64,000 nt of DNA from Candidatus Omnitrophota bacterium (GCA_015233195.1 JADFYE010000002.1:90184-154183); one strand, 5' to 3'. Counted from the first letter of the stretch, positions 31,901-40,346 are shown. Notes: generated by a model from the sequence alone, not told the origin. Program-made: numbers and translations.

Positions 31901-32033
31901 TTTCTTCGGCGCGTTGAATTTGCCAAAATACCATACTGGTAATAAAAAAACCAATAAGAATAATAATCATCACGACCGTAAAAATTCGACCGGATTGCAA
32001 TTTTTGCAGTAAAATTCTAGCTTTTTCTACCAT
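28905..32033 (-). CDS. Sensor histidine kinase: CHASE-like periplasmic domain, three to four PAS domains, HisKA and HATPase_c
   Basis: Two TM helices flank a ~280-aa extracytoplasmic domain. PAS repeats are recognisable (...DITERK, DITESK, DITARK ends). The H-box is GVAHEINNPM, the N-box LLVNAAEA, G1 DTGSGI and G2 GTGLGLS. There is no receiver domain and no adjacent response regulator. Confidence 0.9.
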   Translation of the reverse strand: MVEKARILLQKLQSGRIFTVVMIIILIGFFITSMVFWQIQRAEEKSFRTRFDSDINLLVELVKHDLEEAILVTKSLSRYFETFGNVDRKEFAALMNSFFVYRSELRALEWVPVVPAKERDRFEDEGRKEINSNFMFFERDDKNKKIPVGNRDKYFPIFYVEPIDNETQQALGFDIGSTPERRAALQRALDTGEPTASEQIKLVGAALKPGFAILVPVYGKGLPTKTVEERRAAIQGFSMAIFRIDMFLSAAFGHSPLHEVGFELIDLSASGEKRLIYKHPVSKEKLKLLNVPLFPPAPHAVRIITFAGREWEIDFFPSTAYVEKNYLLAAWLFLPIGAFLTILLALYLSYVLSHRERLNYEIKKQTISLIEAQQFSDQIISNAAEGIIVYDRQLKYIVWNFAMERLTGMAAEKVIGKNALELFPHLREQGVDILLERALKGETVVAVQLRYHVQQTNKLGWFSSTYGPQKDVDGNIIGVIGIIHDITERKVVEEKLYERTKFIESLVNLNPDIVFIYDLVEKINVYVNEGIQRVLGYTVEELHKFGSTVIQNLMHPEDFVFYNKNTIPKYSQAKDYEIINLSYRMKHKNGEWRWLESHECIYKRSPDGSPQQIFGVIRDITESKRVEEALRKSEEKFAMAFQMNPVSMALSKVKNGAYIDVNNAFTKLMGYSHEEVIGKTSLDLKLWVDINDRVKAYKVISEKGSIDAFECLIRAKDGKIHTGLFSGEVITINNEQCYLTMFNDITARKQAEDELNQYRQHLEQEVKKRTKELVEVNNQLLQAEKMASLGRLAAGVAHEINNPMAYIIANISVLDRYAETIEKVLQLYDNLESILPGELSSQVKDTLLGIKDFQNTQNMGNILSDFRRLITETNEGAERVKRIVFDLRTFVREDKEEKQKADIHEAINRALSIIQNILKEKIKIVKEYAELPQVLCYPRQLEQVFINLLVNAAEAIGEQGRITLSTYLKSGSVFIEVADTGSGIQESDIPRVFDPFFTTKDVGAGTGLGLSIVYNIIRKHGGDITVQSSLGKGTVFKVRIPA

Positions 32034-32155
32034 GTTTAATTTCTAATTTTTCAAATATTAAAATCAGATTATAGACATAATATTATTTTTATTATACTCT
32101 TCCTTTAAAAAATGAAGAGAATTTTTTACCGCTACCCTTACTTATTCTAAATATA

Positions 32156-32184
32156 TTGTGTAAACTGAATTTGTTTGTTATAAT
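32156..32184 (+). promoter_or_regulatory. Putative sigma70-type promoter for the GPH/MFS transporter
   Basis: TTGTGT (32156-32161), a 17-nt spacer, then TATAAT (32179-32184). It lies about 60 nt upstream of the ATG at 32245. Confidence 0.4.
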
Positions 32185-32244
32185 CCAAAACTTAAAATAA
32201 ATAACAAGTGGGCTAGTCCCTATTTATAAAAACCGGAGGCAGTA

Positions 32245-33747
32245 ATGGCACAAGCAACAGGTCAATCGACCCACCATGTGACAGCTAAAAACGACCGTAT
32301 TCCTTTTTTACAAAAAGTTATATATGGTATTGGCTCGTTCGTTAACCAATTTGCAGGCGCTGCTACAGGTTCACTAATTTTGGTCTTGAATCTCGGGCTC
32401 GGTGTGAATCCAGTGTTGGTCGGATGGGTCGGCGCGATCCCGCGTTTTTTAGACGCATTTTCCGATCCTTTAATCGGATACAGTTCAGATAACACGCGCA
32501 CCAGATTCGGACGCCGCAAACCGTGGATCTTTTTCGGCGCTTTGTTCTCCGGTGTTTTACTGGCATTAATGTTCCAATTGCATAAAGGACACGGCGAATA
32601 TTTTTATTTTTACTGGGTACTGGGCTTCCAACTTTTATTTGTACTAGCATTCGCGTGTTATTCCATTCCCTGGATCGCTCTTGGCTATGAAATGACTCCG
32701 GATTATCATGAGCGCACGCGCTTGCAGGCATACGCGAGCTTTTTCGCTCAGCCAGTCTGGATAATCGCGAACTGGCTCCCGCTCCTAATCACAGCTAAAG
32801 CGGCTGAATTAAAATTTGGTGTTATTAAAATTTTCACGTTCACTTCGCCGTTTACAGATATCACCCATGCTGTGCGCGTGATCGCGCTCATCGTCGGAAT
32901 CTGTATCACTGTGTTCGGGGTTCTTCCCGCACTTTTCAATAAAGAACATTTTGCTAATCTGCCGAAACCTGAAAAGAAAAATTATAAGGGCGTTATCAAA
33001 GACCTGATTCACAATTGCGCCACATCTTTTAAATGCAAACCATTCGTTAAACTGGTTACTGTAACATTTCTGATCTTTAACGGATTTATGCTCGCCTCCG
33101 CGTTTACTGCTTACGTCGTGTTCTTCTATGTATTCGGCGGACAGCCGACAATGGATTTAATGTATCAAAATGGCGGAACATTGCTGGGTGTTTTTGGGAC
33201 GGTGAGCCCTATTTGCACGACTTTTCTAGCGATCCCATTGACATCATGGATCTCAACCAAACTCGGCAAACGAAAAACTTTTTTTATCACCATGTCCCTT
33301 GCCATTTTTGGTTATTGCCTCAAATGGGTTGGATATAACACTGCTCATCCGTATTTACTGCTGATCGCAGCGCCATTCTTGGCTTTTCATTTGGGATCAT
33401 TGTTCACGATCGTATGTTCCATGATCGCGGATGTGTGCGATCTCGATGAACTTGAAACAGGCACGCGCCGTGAGGGTATGTTCAGCGGGATTTATTGGTG
33501 GATCCTTAAATTAGGTATAGCAGGCGCGACTCTTATCACAGGATATTTGCTCAATTGGACCGGATTCAAACAAGAACTTGGTCTTCACCAATCTGTTAGC
33601 ACGTTATTTTACATGAGGCTTTGCGACGTAGGCATACCGATTATCACGTCTTTGATCGCGATCTATATTTTTATGAATTTTGAAATTTCTGAAGACCGCG
33701 CGTATGAAATCCGCAAAGAACTGGAACGAAGACGAGGAAAAGCGTAA
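32245..33747 (+). CDS. MFS transporter, glycoside-pentoside-hexuronide (GPH/MelB-like) family
   Basis: 12 TM segments. The loop 2-3 motif is DAFSDPLIGYSSDNTRTRFGRRKPW, typical of GPH cation symporters. Confidence 0.8.
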   Translation: MAQATGQSTHHVTAKNDRIPFLQKVIYGIGSFVNQFAGAATGSLILVLNLGLGVNPVLVGWVGAIPRFLDAFSDPLIGYSSDNTRTRFGRRKPWIFFGALFSGVLLALMFQLHKGHGEYFYFYWVLGFQLLFVLAFACYSIPWIALGYEMTPDYHERTRLQAYASFFAQPVWIIANWLPLLITAKAAELKFGVIKIFTFTSPFTDITHAVRVIALIVGICITVFGVLPALFNKEHFANLPKPEKKNYKGVIKDLIHNCATSFKCKPFVKLVTVTFLIFNGFMLASAFTAYVVFFYVFGGQPTMDLMYQNGGTLLGVFGTVSPICTTFLAIPLTSWISTKLGKRKTFFITMSLAIFGYCLKWVGYNTAHPYLLLIAAPFLAFHLGSLFTIVCSMIADVCDLDELETGTRREGMFSGIYWWILKLGIAGATLITGYLLNWTGFKQELGLHQSVSTLFYMRLCDVGIPIITSLIAIYIFMNFEISEDRAYEIRKELERRRGKA

Positions 33748-33772
33748 AATATAAACTGGAACTTAAAAAAAT

Positions 33773-34711
33773 ATGGACGAAAATAATAATAAAAACATAC
33801 ATTCAAAACCAGTTATTATTTTTCCATACCGAGGGTATGAAAATAATAAACAGTGTGAATGGTATTTCTGGTGGACAGTTGACCGGTGCAAAGAAATTGA
33901 TCCCCGACCAATTGTCATGCTGCCAAGAGATACGGTCATCCGACAAGAAGCTGCGTCTTTTATAAAAGATGAAAGATACCATACTCTTGAAGTTGTGCAA
34001 ACCTGGTCGGTGGATACCTGTCAGACCTGGCTTGCAGGTTGGGGTCATGTGCTTGATAATTATCCTGACGTAGAACGAATCGTTCAAATACCAGGCGATA
34101 TTGATTATGTTGACGAAGACGTCGAATTTTATAATAATCTTAAAGCCTTTATCGAAACCACTAGTTCAGATATTGCCATAGGCGATTTTAGAACCGGCGA
34201 CCAATATAGCGCAAAAAGTTTGGTAGATACTTACGGCACTTATTCATTGCTGGCAAACTGGTTTCCTGAGATATCACGAAGCATACGATCTTTGCCGCTT
34301 AATAGACCACGGTCTGAATTCCTTAATATCAAAACATCAGTTTTGCGCGATATTATAATAAATAACAGAAATTTTGCATATGAACAAACTCTAAACTTTC
34401 TCATCAAATGCTGGAATTATGATGAAGCTAAATGGAAATATAATATATCCGTATCTCTTTTAGGAACATTGTCCGACAACAAATCTTTCAGAAATTATAG
34501 GGCTTGTATCGACCAGATAGAGCGAATTGAACGAATGCTTTCTTTATTATGGCGAGAAATCAAAGCGCCCAAAAAACGAGACGGTGTCAGCGATAAAGAG
34601 TTCGAGCAGAGATATACCTCATTCAGTAATGAATACGACAAACTCTCCACTAAATCAAACGGAATTATGGATACTGCCAGAATTACGCTAAGATCTCTCC
34701 TGGGCGTATAA
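33773..34711 (+). CDS. Hypothetical protein, co-oriented with the GPH transporter
   Basis: A 312-aa ORF starting 25 nt after the transporter stop. It has acidic clusters (IPGDIDYVDEDVEF) but no motif I can assign confidently. Confidence 0.5.
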   Translation: MDENNNKNIHSKPVIIFPYRGYENNKQCEWYFWWTVDRCKEIDPRPIVMLPRDTVIRQEAASFIKDERYHTLEVVQTWSVDTCQTWLAGWGHVLDNYPDVERIVQIPGDIDYVDEDVEFYNNLKAFIETTSSDIAIGDFRTGDQYSAKSLVDTYGTYSLLANWFPEISRSIRSLPLNRPRSEFLNIKTSVLRDIIINNRNFAYEQTLNFLIKCWNYDEAKWKYNISVSLLGTLSDNKSFRNYRACIDQIERIERMLSLLWREIKAPKKRDGVSDKEFEQRYTSFSNEYDKLSTKSNGIMDTARITLRSLLGV

Positions 34712-34736
34712 ATCTGAAATAAATTATAAATAAAAA

Positions 34737-34765
34737 AGCAGCCCATTTTTGAGCTGCTTTTTTTA
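34737..34765. terminator. Bidirectional rho-independent terminator between convergent genes
   Basis: Stem agcagc (34737-34742) pairs with gctgct (34753-34758). An A-run lies upstream and a T-run downstream. Confidence 0.7.
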
Positions 34766-34788
34766 TATTTGACCCGTTAATTGATTTT

Positions 34789-35367
34789 TTATTTGCGTCT
34801 GCGAACTAAAACTAAACCGCTTAACCCGCTGCCCAACAATAACAAAGACATTGGTTCAGGCACCACTGATTGATTGCCCTCTCCGCCAATGATCTCCATC
34901 TCTGATAACCCTGCCCAGTGCGATCCACCAACAACTTCATATTTTGCATACCGCATATCAAGCCCATAGGTTCCAAACGATAATGTTCTGGTCCAATCAA
35001 CTTCATCCACAAATGTTCCGGAAGCGACCAAAGTCCAATCCGTATTATTTGTGCCTGTATAAAAATTATAATCATTCGTATAGCCAGCATACTGACCATC
35101 CGGAGGATACATTGTGGTAAGAACAATTTGATTTACATTGTAAACATTTTGTAAATCCACGGTCACCCAATATGGGTTAGCTTCCGTAGCATGACCATTG
35201 GCCACCCAAGTCGTATAAAGATCACCATCAATTGCATTCGATGCAGGGAAATATTCGCTGTTAGCTGTTGCGATAGCGCCTAAAGCCAAATTCGTAGCGC
35301 ATACCGGCGTAGTCCACAAAAGTGCTACTCCAAACATAAACACTAAACTTAAAATAAAATTCCGCAT
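34789..35367 (-). CDS. PEP-CTERM protein with discoidin (F5/8 type C)-like domain
   Basis: I prefer the start at 35367 (MRNFILSLVFMFGVALLWTTPVCA) because an AAGGAAG RBS precedes it. NLALGAIATANSEYFPASNAIDGDLYTTWVA is typical of discoidin domains. The C-terminus is VVPEPMSLLLLGSGLSGLVLVRRRK. Confidence 0.8.
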   Translation of the reverse strand: MRNFILSLVFMFGVALLWTTPVCATNLALGAIATANSEYFPASNAIDGDLYTTWVANGHATEANPYWVTVDLQNVYNVNQIVLTTMYPPDGQYAGYTNDYNFYTGTNNTDWTLVASGTFVDEVDWTRTLSFGTYGLDMRYAKYEVVGGSHWAGLSEMEIIGGEGNQSVVPEPMSLLLLGSGLSGLVLVRRRK

Positions 35368-35516
35368 AAACTTCCTTTCGCTAAACTTGGTAATTATTCT
35401 TAGTTGATGACAATGCCTTGTCATTAAATTTATAAAAGTGAAGAGAACTATACGATATGATATAGCATATGTCAATAGGACATACCTACCCAGAGTAGGA
35501 CAAGATTAGAATCAGT

Positions 35517-38500
35517 TTACTGTTCAAAAATTTGCAGAAAATTTGTAACTGGCATAATTTGGAGGATTGTAAAAGTAACACCACTCACTTGCGCGGCATC
35601 AATTTCTATTCCATTAAAATTAAATTTAAAATCTTCTCCTCCATTTTTAACCTGCATACTCATCTGCGCAGGGTCTAAGTCAATCCCGCCTGTACTTTGC
35701 TTTTCCTCGTTAAGATACTTTTCGGGTGATTGTAAAATATCGCTTAATTTCTCTATGATTTTCTGTCTTTGACTATCTTTAATAATATTGCGATAAAATA
35801 GGTCATTACGTGAAAGCTCCTCTAATAAAATCCTCAATTCCTGCGGATACGTACGTAAAACATCCATAACCTTTGCCCATATAGCTTGCCTATACTCAGG
35901 AGGAGAAGAAACATTCTTTCCTTCTAAAAAAACAATTGTTTCAAGATTATGTAAAACATAATGTCGTATTTTTTTCTTCATAACCGGCATTTCTTTACCG
36001 CTTAATAAATGGTCCGTATAAACTTCCAGCCGACTAGCCATATTCCAAGGCTGGGCATCATCCATTGCCTTTAGAACACTAGCATTATGCTCATTAAATT
36101 CTACTGGTTTTTCAAAAGCCAATTTATCTTCCCATAAATCCAAACCCATGGCTCTGGTCCTCTGTTCCAACGCTTTGAATGAATCATCTAAGAAACTTAT
36201 TTCTCTCTCAATTAAGAAAGGTTTATGTTGCTTAAATAAAAATGACATCGTCCCGGCTCCTCTGATTTTAGGAGCAAAATCAGAAGATACCAAAAGCTGT
36301 TGAAATAATTCCTGAGGCATATTTTTCCAAAAACTAATAATGATAACTTTTTGATCCTTTTCAATAATCCACGAGTTTTCTCCCAGTACCAGTACGCCGG
36401 GTAACTTATACGGATCAGCCGGGAACCTATTTGAATAACCCCTTTGTCCTGCTCCTAAGTCAAACAGCACTACCGGTCCAGAGACATTAGCATTGATTAA
36501 ATCCTGCACATAATTTTCTAATCCTTTGAGACTATGTAAATACGCAACCGCCCATTTCATGTGTTCAAGACCCTCTCTACGGACACCTAATTTATCCAAC
36601 AACTCTCGTCTCTCCTCTAAAGTGCGTATTGCCTTTACTTGGGCATTTCCATTAACACCAACACCTAATGTCCCTGGCATAAAACCAGTGGCAAAAAAAT
36701 CCTGCTGTAAATCGCCGAATGTCTTTCCAAAATTTAAATTATCAAAATCACTGATATTAATAGTTCTTTCTACAGCGGCTTTGGGTTTCCATAAAGTTGG
36801 CAAATACTTAATTAACACATAATCATTTCTTTGAGCCATACCATCTTCAATAGTAACGAGCTCTTGTGGTTTATTAATGATTGTAGCAGTAAAATTCTCA
36901 TCCTTAACTTTATAAGCCAATATACGAATACCTTGAACCGTCTGAGCTACAAGACTCCCATTAATAGCAGGTTCAATTAACGGCAACCAACGATTTGTGA
37001 TTTTATCCTCTGTAATTAAAAAAATTGGATTAGAAGGATACCTTTCCTTTAACTTTAATAATAATCCCCAAGCAATTACGGTATCCCCACGACCATCCCT
37101 CAGGTAAGGCAGTGAAAAATAAATAGGCATATTCGGATTGCGCACTTGCTCAGATATCTTTTCTTGCCAACCCATTTCCTGTTCCCAAAGGTCTAAAGAT
37201 TCCACCGACCAATCATCACTCACACAGGTCTTCGCAAATGGAACCCAATCCTTTTGAAAATACATAGCCAGCAGATCATAAACTCCGCGCAAATCCCTTA
37301 AATAACATGTAGCCAGAGAATTCTGCACAGAAACAACTATTTGCTGGGCTTCCAAAGACTGCGGTTCCATACCTGCCCATATTTTAAAACTAATCGCCAA
37401 ATGCAAAGCCACCACTTCCATGCGCAAATAGGCATTTATATCTAAAGCCCTAGGTTCAAATAAAGGTAATGCCTGACGCAAAGCTTCTGTATCAACAAGC
37501 CCATCCCTTATCCAACCCATTGCAGCCTGCGCCAGAGCTTTAAACCAGTAACTTTGATAAAACCACCGATCTTGATCTTTTTTCAGAAAATCAAACCGTT
37601 TAGCTAAAATTAAAAATAATTCATTGCGTTTGGAAGGATCCAACTCTTTAAACCATTGCCTAGATGCAACAAACATTTTTTGTTCTTCTCCTGAATTCCC
37701 AAAAAAAGTTGATTGAGTCCATTGCTCCGCAAAATGTTTATAATATTCATCCGGATTATTTAATTGGGCATTGTCTGTCTTTACCGCCCTATATGCTGCC
37801 ATCGCGTCCTCGCCATTGTCAGAATCAAATTTTGACCAAAATTTAAGAACAATTTTTGTTCCTTTTCCTGGAAATGATTCTATATCAAATTGATCTGCTG
37901 TCGCTCTTGCCAATGGTAATCCGACTCCAGTACCGCCAGCCGCAGTTGCCCCTTCCGGCTCTGCTGACAGTCCATGAGGTTCAGATAAATCGCCTCGGAA
38001 TGCCGCCTCAATGTCCTGTATACCTTTGCCATGATCCATGATAAATATTTCTACCCCCATTCGACCAACATCAAAAATGGGGCGGCTTAAAATAACCCCA
38101 TAGTCTGCATAAAAATATGTGTTTAAAATCAATTCAATAATGGCTGATTTAATATTATCTTTCCGGTTGTTAGAGATCAAATGACTTATCGGTCTTAAAA
38201 TACGTGAAGCGACAACAGAAGCTTCAAGTCCACCGACTTCATGCGGCCAATACCCCTTAAATGCAGTTCCTTTGATCAGAGCAACTTGTTCTTCCGAAGG
38301 AGGAGATATCCGTGTATATCGTTTTAATTGTTCCACTAAAGCCAAACTTTTTTCAACATCACCCATTTGAAGATAGGACCATAACTCTTTAATAACGCCA
38401 TCGGAAAACATCGCTCCATCTGCTGACGGATTAGATATACTCCTCATCATATCCATATCACCAACAACCTCTATCAATGGTTTGGATAGTGCAGCCATGT

Positions 38501-39590
38501 CTTTAGGCGCAATCCTCGCTAAATCCAGAAATTCTATTACTGGAGTAATATTTCCAACTACCCCGCCGGAAAAATATTTCCTTGGCAAAAATTGATTTGT
38601 AAGCGGATCTGGTTCTTCTTTTATGTAGTTGTATACGCCTTTTTTAAAAGCTTGGATGTATTGTTGATAAATTTGTTCCGGGTCTCCACTTAAATTTTTT
38701 GTTGATAACAAATTACCGATTTTATTTTGGTTAGAATAAACTTTATTAAAAATACTGTCTTTAATTTTCTTTTTGTACCACGTAGCTAAAATTAATGAAT
38801 AAAATACCTGACGTAATTGCGTAAAATTTTTACCTTCATTAACTTCTTTTTCCAGCGCGGGAATTATGATCTGCTTTAAAATTTCTTGATTGATCCCCTC
38901 ACTTTTTACCTTTAACCTTTCACCTTTTTTCTGTGATGCCGCATAATCTATCTCTGTCATCACCTTCAAATGATTTTCCAATACAAAGGCTGTTCCCCCG
39001 CTTTCATAAACCACCGCCTTCTCGGGAACTATCCAAACTTTATTAAATGTATCTACGGGAATATCTGTCGTTCCATATTTGGCTTGAGCCTGAGCATAAA
39101 CTTTTTGCCAAAATTCTTTGCCTAATTGGCTTTCAGGATAAATTAAACTTGCGGTAATTTGTTTTAACAAATAATCTTGCGCCAATAAATCGCGGCCCAT
39201 TTCAGTTTTACCAAATGCTTGCGGTACAATGCGGTCTTTTTCATAAGGAGAAAGATTGACCCAAAGGTCTTTTTCAGGAATAGTTAAAGAAGCAAGGAAA
39301 TATTTGATCAAACGATTGGCTTCTTGTCTAAATTCTTCTTGTGACATTTCAGCACCGTGATCGCGAAGCGATTTTACGGTGTCACCAGTATCTACAAAAA
39401 AATTAAACTTGAACGGATTTTGCGGGTCTAATTTAATGCCTTTTAGCACTGCAGGATTGAAAGCAGGACTTAGCGATACCATTTGCCCAGGTGCAGGCAG
39501 ACTAACTTCCTGAGCATAAATTGGATTTGACCCCAGAATGCTAGTGCAGACAAAACACAAAAGAATAAATAGAGAAAGTATCTTTTTCAT
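35517..39590 (-). CDS. Large secreted modular protein, paralog B: family N-module, GHKL ATPase-like domain, ~700-aa unknown region and 'GGID' C-terminal tail
   Basis: Signal peptide is MKKILSLFILLCFVCTSILGSNPIYAQ. The N-module is shared with paralogs A and C. The GHKL-type boxes are ELILNTYFYA (N box), MDHGKGI (G1) and GGTGVGLPLA (G2). The C-terminus is GGIDLDPAQMSMQV... Confidence 0.85.
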   Translation of the reverse strand: MKKILSLFILLCFVCTSILGSNPIYAQEVSLPAPGQMVSLSPAFNPAVLKGIKLDPQNPFKFNFFVDTGDTVKSLRDHGAEMSQEEFRQEANRLIKYFLASLTIPEKDLWVNLSPYEKDRIVPQAFGKTEMGRDLLAQDYLLKQITASLIYPESQLGKEFWQKVYAQAQAKYGTTDIPVDTFNKVWIVPEKAVVYESGGTAFVLENHLKVMTEIDYAASQKKGERLKVKSEGINQEILKQIIIPALEKEVNEGKNFTQLRQVFYSLILATWYKKKIKDSIFNKVYSNQNKIGNLLSTKNLSGDPEQIYQQYIQAFKKGVYNYIKEEPDPLTNQFLPRKYFSGGVVGNITPVIEFLDLARIAPKDMAALSKPLIEVVGDMDMMRSISNPSADGAMFSDGVIKELWSYLQMGDVEKSLALVEQLKRYTRISPPSEEQVALIKGTAFKGYWPHEVGGLEASVVASRILRPISHLISNNRKDNIKSAIIELILNTYFYADYGVILSRPIFDVGRMGVEIFIMDHGKGIQDIEAAFRGDLSEPHGLSAEPEGATAAGGTGVGLPLARATADQFDIESFPGKGTKIVLKFWSKFDSDNGEDAMAAYRAVKTDNAQLNNPDEYYKHFAEQWTQSTFFGNSGEEQKMFVASRQWFKELDPSKRNELFLILAKRFDFLKKDQDRWFYQSYWFKALAQAAMGWIRDGLVDTEALRQALPLFEPRALDINAYLRMEVVALHLAISFKIWAGMEPQSLEAQQIVVSVQNSLATCYLRDLRGVYDLLAMYFQKDWVPFAKTCVSDDWSVESLDLWEQEMGWQEKISEQVRNPNMPIYFSLPYLRDGRGDTVIAWGLLLKLKERYPSNPIFLITEDKITNRWLPLIEPAINGSLVAQTVQGIRILAYKVKDENFTATIINKPQELVTIEDGMAQRNDYVLIKYLPTLWKPKAAVERTINISDFDNLNFGKTFGDLQQDFFATGFMPGTLGVGVNGNAQVKAIRTLEERRELLDKLGVRREGLEHMKWAVAYLHSLKGLENYVQDLINANVSGPVVLFDLGAGQRGYSNRFPADPYKLPGVLVLGENSWIIEKDQKVIIISFWKNMPQELFQQLLVSSDFAPKIRGAGTMSFLFKQHKPFLIEREISFLDDSFKALEQRTRAMGLDLWEDKLAFEKPVEFNEHNASVLKAMDDAQPWNMASRLEVYTDHLLSGKEMPVMKKKIRHYVLHNLETIVFLEGKNVSSPPEYRQAIWAKVMDVLRTYPQELRILLEELSRNDLFYRNIIKDSQRQKIIEKLSDILQSPEKYLNEEKQSTGGIDLDPAQMSMQVKNGGEDFKFNFNGIEIDAAQVSGVTFTILQIMPVTNFLQIFEQ

Positions 39591-39617
39591 TAATAAGTAA
39601 AAGATACTATATAAATA

Positions 39618-40346
39618 TCAATAATGCCAATCGGATGGTTTATTAATAGATTCGTTTAATTTATTTATTTCACTTTTTGACAAAAGACGCCATTTACCGG
39701 ACAGCAATCCTTCCAGGCGGATGTGCATGATCCGTACCCGTTTTAATTTCAGGACCCGATAACCGAGTTCATGCGTCATCCGGCGGATTTGAAGATTTAA
39801 TCCCTGCGTGAGAATAATCGAAAATGAATGTGGGGAGAGCATATTGACCTTACACGGTTTGGTCTTAACCCAAGACTGAATGACCGGATTAAAAATTTTA
39901 ACTCCGGCTGACATTTTTTTAACAAAAGATTCTGTAATCGGTTTATCAACATCTACCAAATATTCTTTTTCATGTTCAAACTCGCTGCGCAAAATTTTAT
40001 TCACAATCATGCCATCGTTGGTAAGCAGAATTAATCCGGACGAATTTTTATCAAGTCTCCCGACCGGGAAAATCCGCTCAGGATATCCAATAAAATCAAT
40101 AATATTATCTGGATTACTTTGATCCGTCGTTGATTCAACCCCGCGCGGTTTGTTAAAAGCCAAATACACAGTTTCCGGACGCGTTTCAATACGTTTACCG
40201 CCGATAGTAACAATATCATTCTCGCCGACATCAGTTCCAAGTTGAGCTTTTGCGCCATTAAAAAGCACCTTCCCATCACTGATCAATCTATCCGCTTCCC
40301 GCCTAGAACAATGACCGGTTGAACTGATAAATACATTAATTCGCAT
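39618..40346 (-). CDS. RsuA/RluB/E/F-family rRNA pseudouridine synthase with S4 domain
   Basis: An S4-like N-terminus (CSRREADRLISDGKVLFNG) is followed by the catalytic motif VGRLDKNSSGLILLTNDG. Confidence 0.85.
   Translation of the reverse strand: MRINVFISSTGHCSRREADRLISDGKVLFNGAKAQLGTDVGENDIVTIGGKRIETRPETVYLAFNKPRGVESTTDQSNPDNIIDFIGYPERIFPVGRLDKNSSGLILLTNDGMIVNKILRSEFEHEKEYLVDVDKPITESFVKKMSAGVKIFNPVIQSWVKTKPCKVNMLSPHSFSIILTQGLNLQIRRMTHELGYRVLKLKRVRIMHIRLEGLLSGKWRLLSKSEINKLNESINKPSDWHY

Noticed and set aside
32262-33012. Four minus-strand ORFs (63-122 aa) inside the GPH transporter gene.
   Set aside because: They are R/K/P-rich nonsense-like translations embedded in a well-supported plus-strand 12-TM transporter gene. 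This region is relatively GC-rich, which favours shadow ORFs.
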